Shown: one piece after another, positions 59,601-64,000 of the stretch
Layout of the letters: each line of letters starts with the position of its first letter
Numbering within the stretch: the stretch's first letter is position 1
The notes under the pieces: model-generated
What the model was told of the DNA's origin: nothing
Database searches by the model: none
The model's input: only the letters and a program-made list of their open reading frames with translations
NCBI RefSeq assembly: GCF_022539665.2
Contig: NC_081331.1
Span: 4,526,001-4,590,000 of the forward strand
Origin: Daphnia carinata
Taxonomy: Eukaryota
Reading direction: 5' to 3'
Length of the DNA stretch: 64,000 nucleotides
Position numbers and translations under genes: made by a program

Positions 59601-62600
59601 ATTGAACTTGCGCGAATTCTTCTCTGTAAAAGGAACAAAGTACGAAAAGAGGCTAAGCATTGCCATAGAGAATGAGGAAGGAAGCGCAAAAGAAAAAGTA
59701 GGACGTGCTGTTTTGTGCGGATGTGCGATAACACTTTGCTGACCGTTTGGGAAAACTTGCACGTCCTGGATAAGATGAAGTGGTTTCTGTTGTTTCCATT
59801 TCATAGATTCCTCTTTGTCGTACTTGCGACTGTACGTGTGCGACAGTACGTATCGATGCTTGTGGAAAGATCTGGTCGATGGATCATTCATAACTTGACA
59901 ACACATCTACTTGTATACGCACACTCAAGTTTTTTTTTTTCTTTTTGCTGTACCTTGGTGGCATGCCGTTTCTCTTCATGTCCGGAAAAAAATGTTTGAC
60001 CTTTTTCTGCATTTGCGCGGACAACAGGAATTCCATTCACGATTAGAATCGACTTCATCATCGTCAGAGAGAGAGAGAGAGAACCATCTTTTTTTTTTTT
60101 TGGCGGATGTTCAGCCGAATTGAAATCTTTACGACGTTGTGCTCCGGGCAAAGTAACCTGTACAGGCAATTGTTTTTTTTTTTTTTTGTGTTTTGTTTTT
60201 TTTTCGTGTTTAGTAATTCGCTAGTCACTCAGGGGCTCCCTACGCCATGAAATAAAAAATGTTTTGCGTGTGATGCGAAAGAAAAATAAAAGGGTAATAA
60301 GATTAAGGAGATGGTGGTTTGCCTCGTTTCCTGGCATCAGTGGCTCGTTAAAAGCATTTCCGCTGATGAAGAATCAACGCCCAAGGTACTAACCTAATTA
60401 GGTCGTTAGGTATTTAGTTGTTTTATGCTGAAAAGAAAAAAATGTTGTCTTATAGCCGACGTGTTGGGTGGCTGGCGATGATCGAATAATATTCAAATGA
60501 AAAAAAAAAAAAAGATACAGCGAGATGAAATAGAAAGGGTAGGAAACCGTGTCGCCTTCTTTTTTTTTGGCAAACGAAACACGAAATGAAAAAATAATCC
60601 CGAAATGCAAGAAGAAAAAAATACGGATGGAGAGAGACTATATAGGAAAGAAAACTTTCATGCCCGATGGCGTGATGGCATAAAAAGAGAGAACGCAAGT
60701 GTATCCACAAGGATGTGTGTGTCTTCTTTCTTTCGTTATGTCTGTGAATCATCCCGAAGGGGGGTGGGCGGAAATTTAGTTTTTTTTTTTCTTCTGTTAG
60801 TCGAGAGAGTTGAATAAATGAATCAGTGATGCGACGCTGAAGGGGGAAACAGCAACAGGAAAAACTTAAAAAAAAAAGATTCTTTTCGTCTTATCGGAGG
60901 ACGGCCGAAGAGGCATAGGTCAGTGATAACAGGTTCTTCAGCGAAGGAGGCTGGCAAAGAGAGACTTGTGGCGCAGGAGGAGGAACAGCACGTACATAAA
61001 TATTCCAAGGGTCCATATAAAAAAGAAAAAAAAAAAATTTGAAGAGAGAAAGAGATAGCCAAAGGAGAAAGAGAAAAGACTCCAGTAGAGAAAGATGTGT
61101 GTCTACGCGTGTGTTTGAGAAAGAAAGAAAAAAAAAAAGACGAAAAATTCCATAGATGGGATAGGAAAAGCTACGTTGTTATTGTTTTTTCCATGTCTTT
61201 TAATTTTCTCTCGTTCAGTGTCTCGAACATCTCGATTCCTCTTTCTTTTCAAATGATCAAATCTTCTTGTAGGAAAAAATATAAATAAAACGTTGTTGAT
61301 GGTGAAATCCCGAAAAAAAAAAAGGATGAAGGAAAAAGAACAACAAGAGAAGCGATTGCACTTGAGAATATATCGGTCACGAGTGAAAACATCTTCGAAA
61401 ATCTTGGAACTAAAAAAGAGGGCTCAAAAATAAATGGTTTTCTGTAAGAGTTAAAGTCAATACAGACAAATGAACGTTGCGAATTTTTCGTTTAAAGCAA
61501 AACGTGTAGATTGTTGGAGAGTGGAATGACCAACAGACTTACTGACACTCTTTTTATTTTTCCTCGTCATCCGGTCCATTACACGAAGTAGCAGACTCAA
61601 GTCTGATAAAAAAAAAAGGAAAATTCACGCAAGATCTTTGTGCGTGTCCAGTCGTCTGTCACGTCTCCGGGCTTCTCTTTGAAAATTCGAGTTTTTTACA
61701 TTGATTTTTGTTGTTGTTGTTGCTACCAGACAAAATAGAAATCTTTTTAATTCCTCCTTGATGTTTCCGACTTCAAGTCTGACAACAATGCAGCTATTGC
61801 CATTCATCATCATCAACATTTCGAGTCAACATCTCGCCAGTTTCGACAGGGGAGGTTAGACCGGTCCGTCCTCATCACCACACGGCATATTCAGATATAT
61901 CGTTGTCACAATGGTTACGTATATGTATCTTTGACATTGTTCGCAAAACATATACGCGCCGTCTGTCTAGGTAAATCAAACGGAATAATAGCAAAAAAGA
62001 AACGAGGACGAGTCAAGATGAAGAATAGTCGAACGCATATTTTTAACAGCTGTCACCTAGTAGATTCATCGTCCAGATCACAAAACAATCGCGATGTGCA
62101 GGTAAAACCCGCTGTAGCATAACAAAAACAGCCGCCGTTCATATAATTACACGATTTCTCACCTCCCAAAAAAAAAAAAAATGAATAAGTACGAATGGAA
62201 AGAACAAGTGAAGAGAGAGAAAAAGTGTCACTAACCACCGGTTTGCCTCCATAGCTGCATATATATTCATAATAAAACAGAAGCGATGAGAATGTTGAAA
62301 CCTACTCCGGGTCTCTTCACACACACCGCCCAATAATCGGCTTTGAGAGAAAGTGCCGTTGAATTATAACAGGACGGCGTGATAGGCATGAAAAACCCAG
62401 TGTAGGTAACGCGGGCATTACGGTTAACTGATTTAAAAAAAAAAACAGGTGTGATAAAACCCCTCTCCTTTCTCTGTACGGTGCGTAGCACCCGTAGTGC
62501 CCTTAAACGTTGGCACTTGTCGTCATGGTAACCTATATGCGTTGTCATTGGGTGCGCATGATTTTACCTTGGGCATCGGAGAAAGAGAAAATAAATCTGT

Positions 62601-64000
62601 ATAAGGCGATGGAAGAAAGAGGGAAGGAGAAAACGAATTTGGTTCCTCTTTCGTATCATTTCACGTAATAGAAGAAGACGAACTAGGAGGGGAGTTACAG
62701 TAGGTCAAACGTTCCCCACCGACCCATTTATAGTGGCACAGCCGCTTGCACTCGGTCGGCTGCAGCAGCCATTCTTGTTTCGTTTTTCTTGTTAGAGAGA
62801 AAGATGTTCTTTGCCAAGAAAAAGAAAAACGAGAGAAAAGACAACTCCACATTCGGATGGAAAAAGGGTCCGTCTTCAATCAGTTCTACATCACGGCGGT
62901 CTCAAGAAATTAAGGCACTGAAAAAAAAAATCCGGTGGAAAGAAACCGGACTCAATAACTCATCCGACTTCCTCCTACACCCTACCATCATCCAACTAAT
63001 AACGAGAAACAATCTCTCTTCTGTGCTTCTTCTTTTTCCCCCCATTTATTTTTTCTTAAACATCAAAAAATAAGAAAAATCTGTAAGAGAAACAAAACGA
63101 AATGTTCCTCAAACATTTCAGGCAATGACTCAAAGACTTTCAGTGGCGGCTGCCAACAGGCCACTACACTTTTAACCTATGCTCTTTAACACATTCCCCC
63201 GATTCATCAAGCCAAGTATATCCATCAAGACACAGGGGCTTTTTTAAAACGATCTAAACTATAAACATTAGAAATATACAGCCCCAGAAAGATGTGCTTC
63301 CCTCTTGTTTCTTAAGACGAGACAGGGGAGAAACATCACGGTCGATTACGAAGTAGGACTTTATGTGGAAATTTTCAAAAAAAAAAAGCTCTTTAAAAAA
63401 AAAAAAAAAATTCTCTTTAATTCTTTGATGACGACGAAGTCAAACGATGCAATAAACCATGCAAGAGCTTTTAAAAATGTAAAAGAAAGACGCACATGGA
63501 TGGACCGAATTGCTTAAGGGAAGCAGCAAGAGCTAACGAGAATCAGTTGGTGCCGCATCTTACCTGTCTATTCGAAGAAAGAGGGTTTATTAGAAGAGGG
63601 GGGAGCTGCCGGATTGAAATGACACGCAACTTGATGTGTGCTAGCTGGTTTGAAAGAGGGACACATTCCTCGGCTATCGGTCGGGAGCCACGAAGATGTT
63701 TTTTAAAAAAAAAACGCAAGTCAAACGCACAAAAAAAAAGGGGGCCAATGTTTTTCGGTTGGGTAGAAATGTGTAACCTCCTCCATAGCCGTGGCTGTCC
63801 ATTTACCTTTTTGATAAAAAGCCCCTCGTCAACTGTCGAGTCAAGATAGAAACTGGACCGTTTGATTTATGAAACGTCTCTTCTTTTCCGAAGCAATCAA
63901 CCTTTGGCATTTGAGGTCAGTTGTAAACTATGAAGTAATCACAGGTCCATCCAACTTCTATCATCACCGTGTTTTTTTTTGTTTTTTTTTTTTTTGTTCT

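Noticed and set aside
57000..64000. Short ORFs at the window end
   Set aside because: No recognisable domains, RNA genes or transposon hallmarks; treated as the mucin's 5' regulatory/intergenic DNA.

Overview
Eukaryotic, intron-rich, AT-rich DNA with many homopolymer runs and ~58-100 nt introns, consistent with a branchiopod crustacean such as Daphnia (inference). I reconstructed three protein-coding genes by hand from GT-AG splice sites. (1) Mef2, minus strand, CDS 6452->1890, 482 aa, with ~20 kb of non-coding 5' region. (2) Mitochondrial phenylalanyl-tRNA synthetase (FARS2-like), plus strand, 26614-28384, 8 exons, 430 aa. (3) A giant ~5,070-aa type I membrane mucin (signal peptide, 2 LDLa-like modules, S/T-rich repeats, EGF-SEA-cbEGF-EGF, TM, cytoplasmic tail; pawn-like), minus strand, 56649->29315, 22 exons. 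The standout observation is that the 204-nt exon encoding most of the Mef2 MADS/MEF2 domain is tandemly duplicated. One copy is Drosophila-like and the other vertebrate-like, suggesting mutually exclusive splicing of the DNA-binding domain, with a candidate competing RNA-pairing element nearby. The mucin's 9-kb exon carries a single-base frameshift. No RNA genes, CRISPR arrays or mobile elements were recognised.
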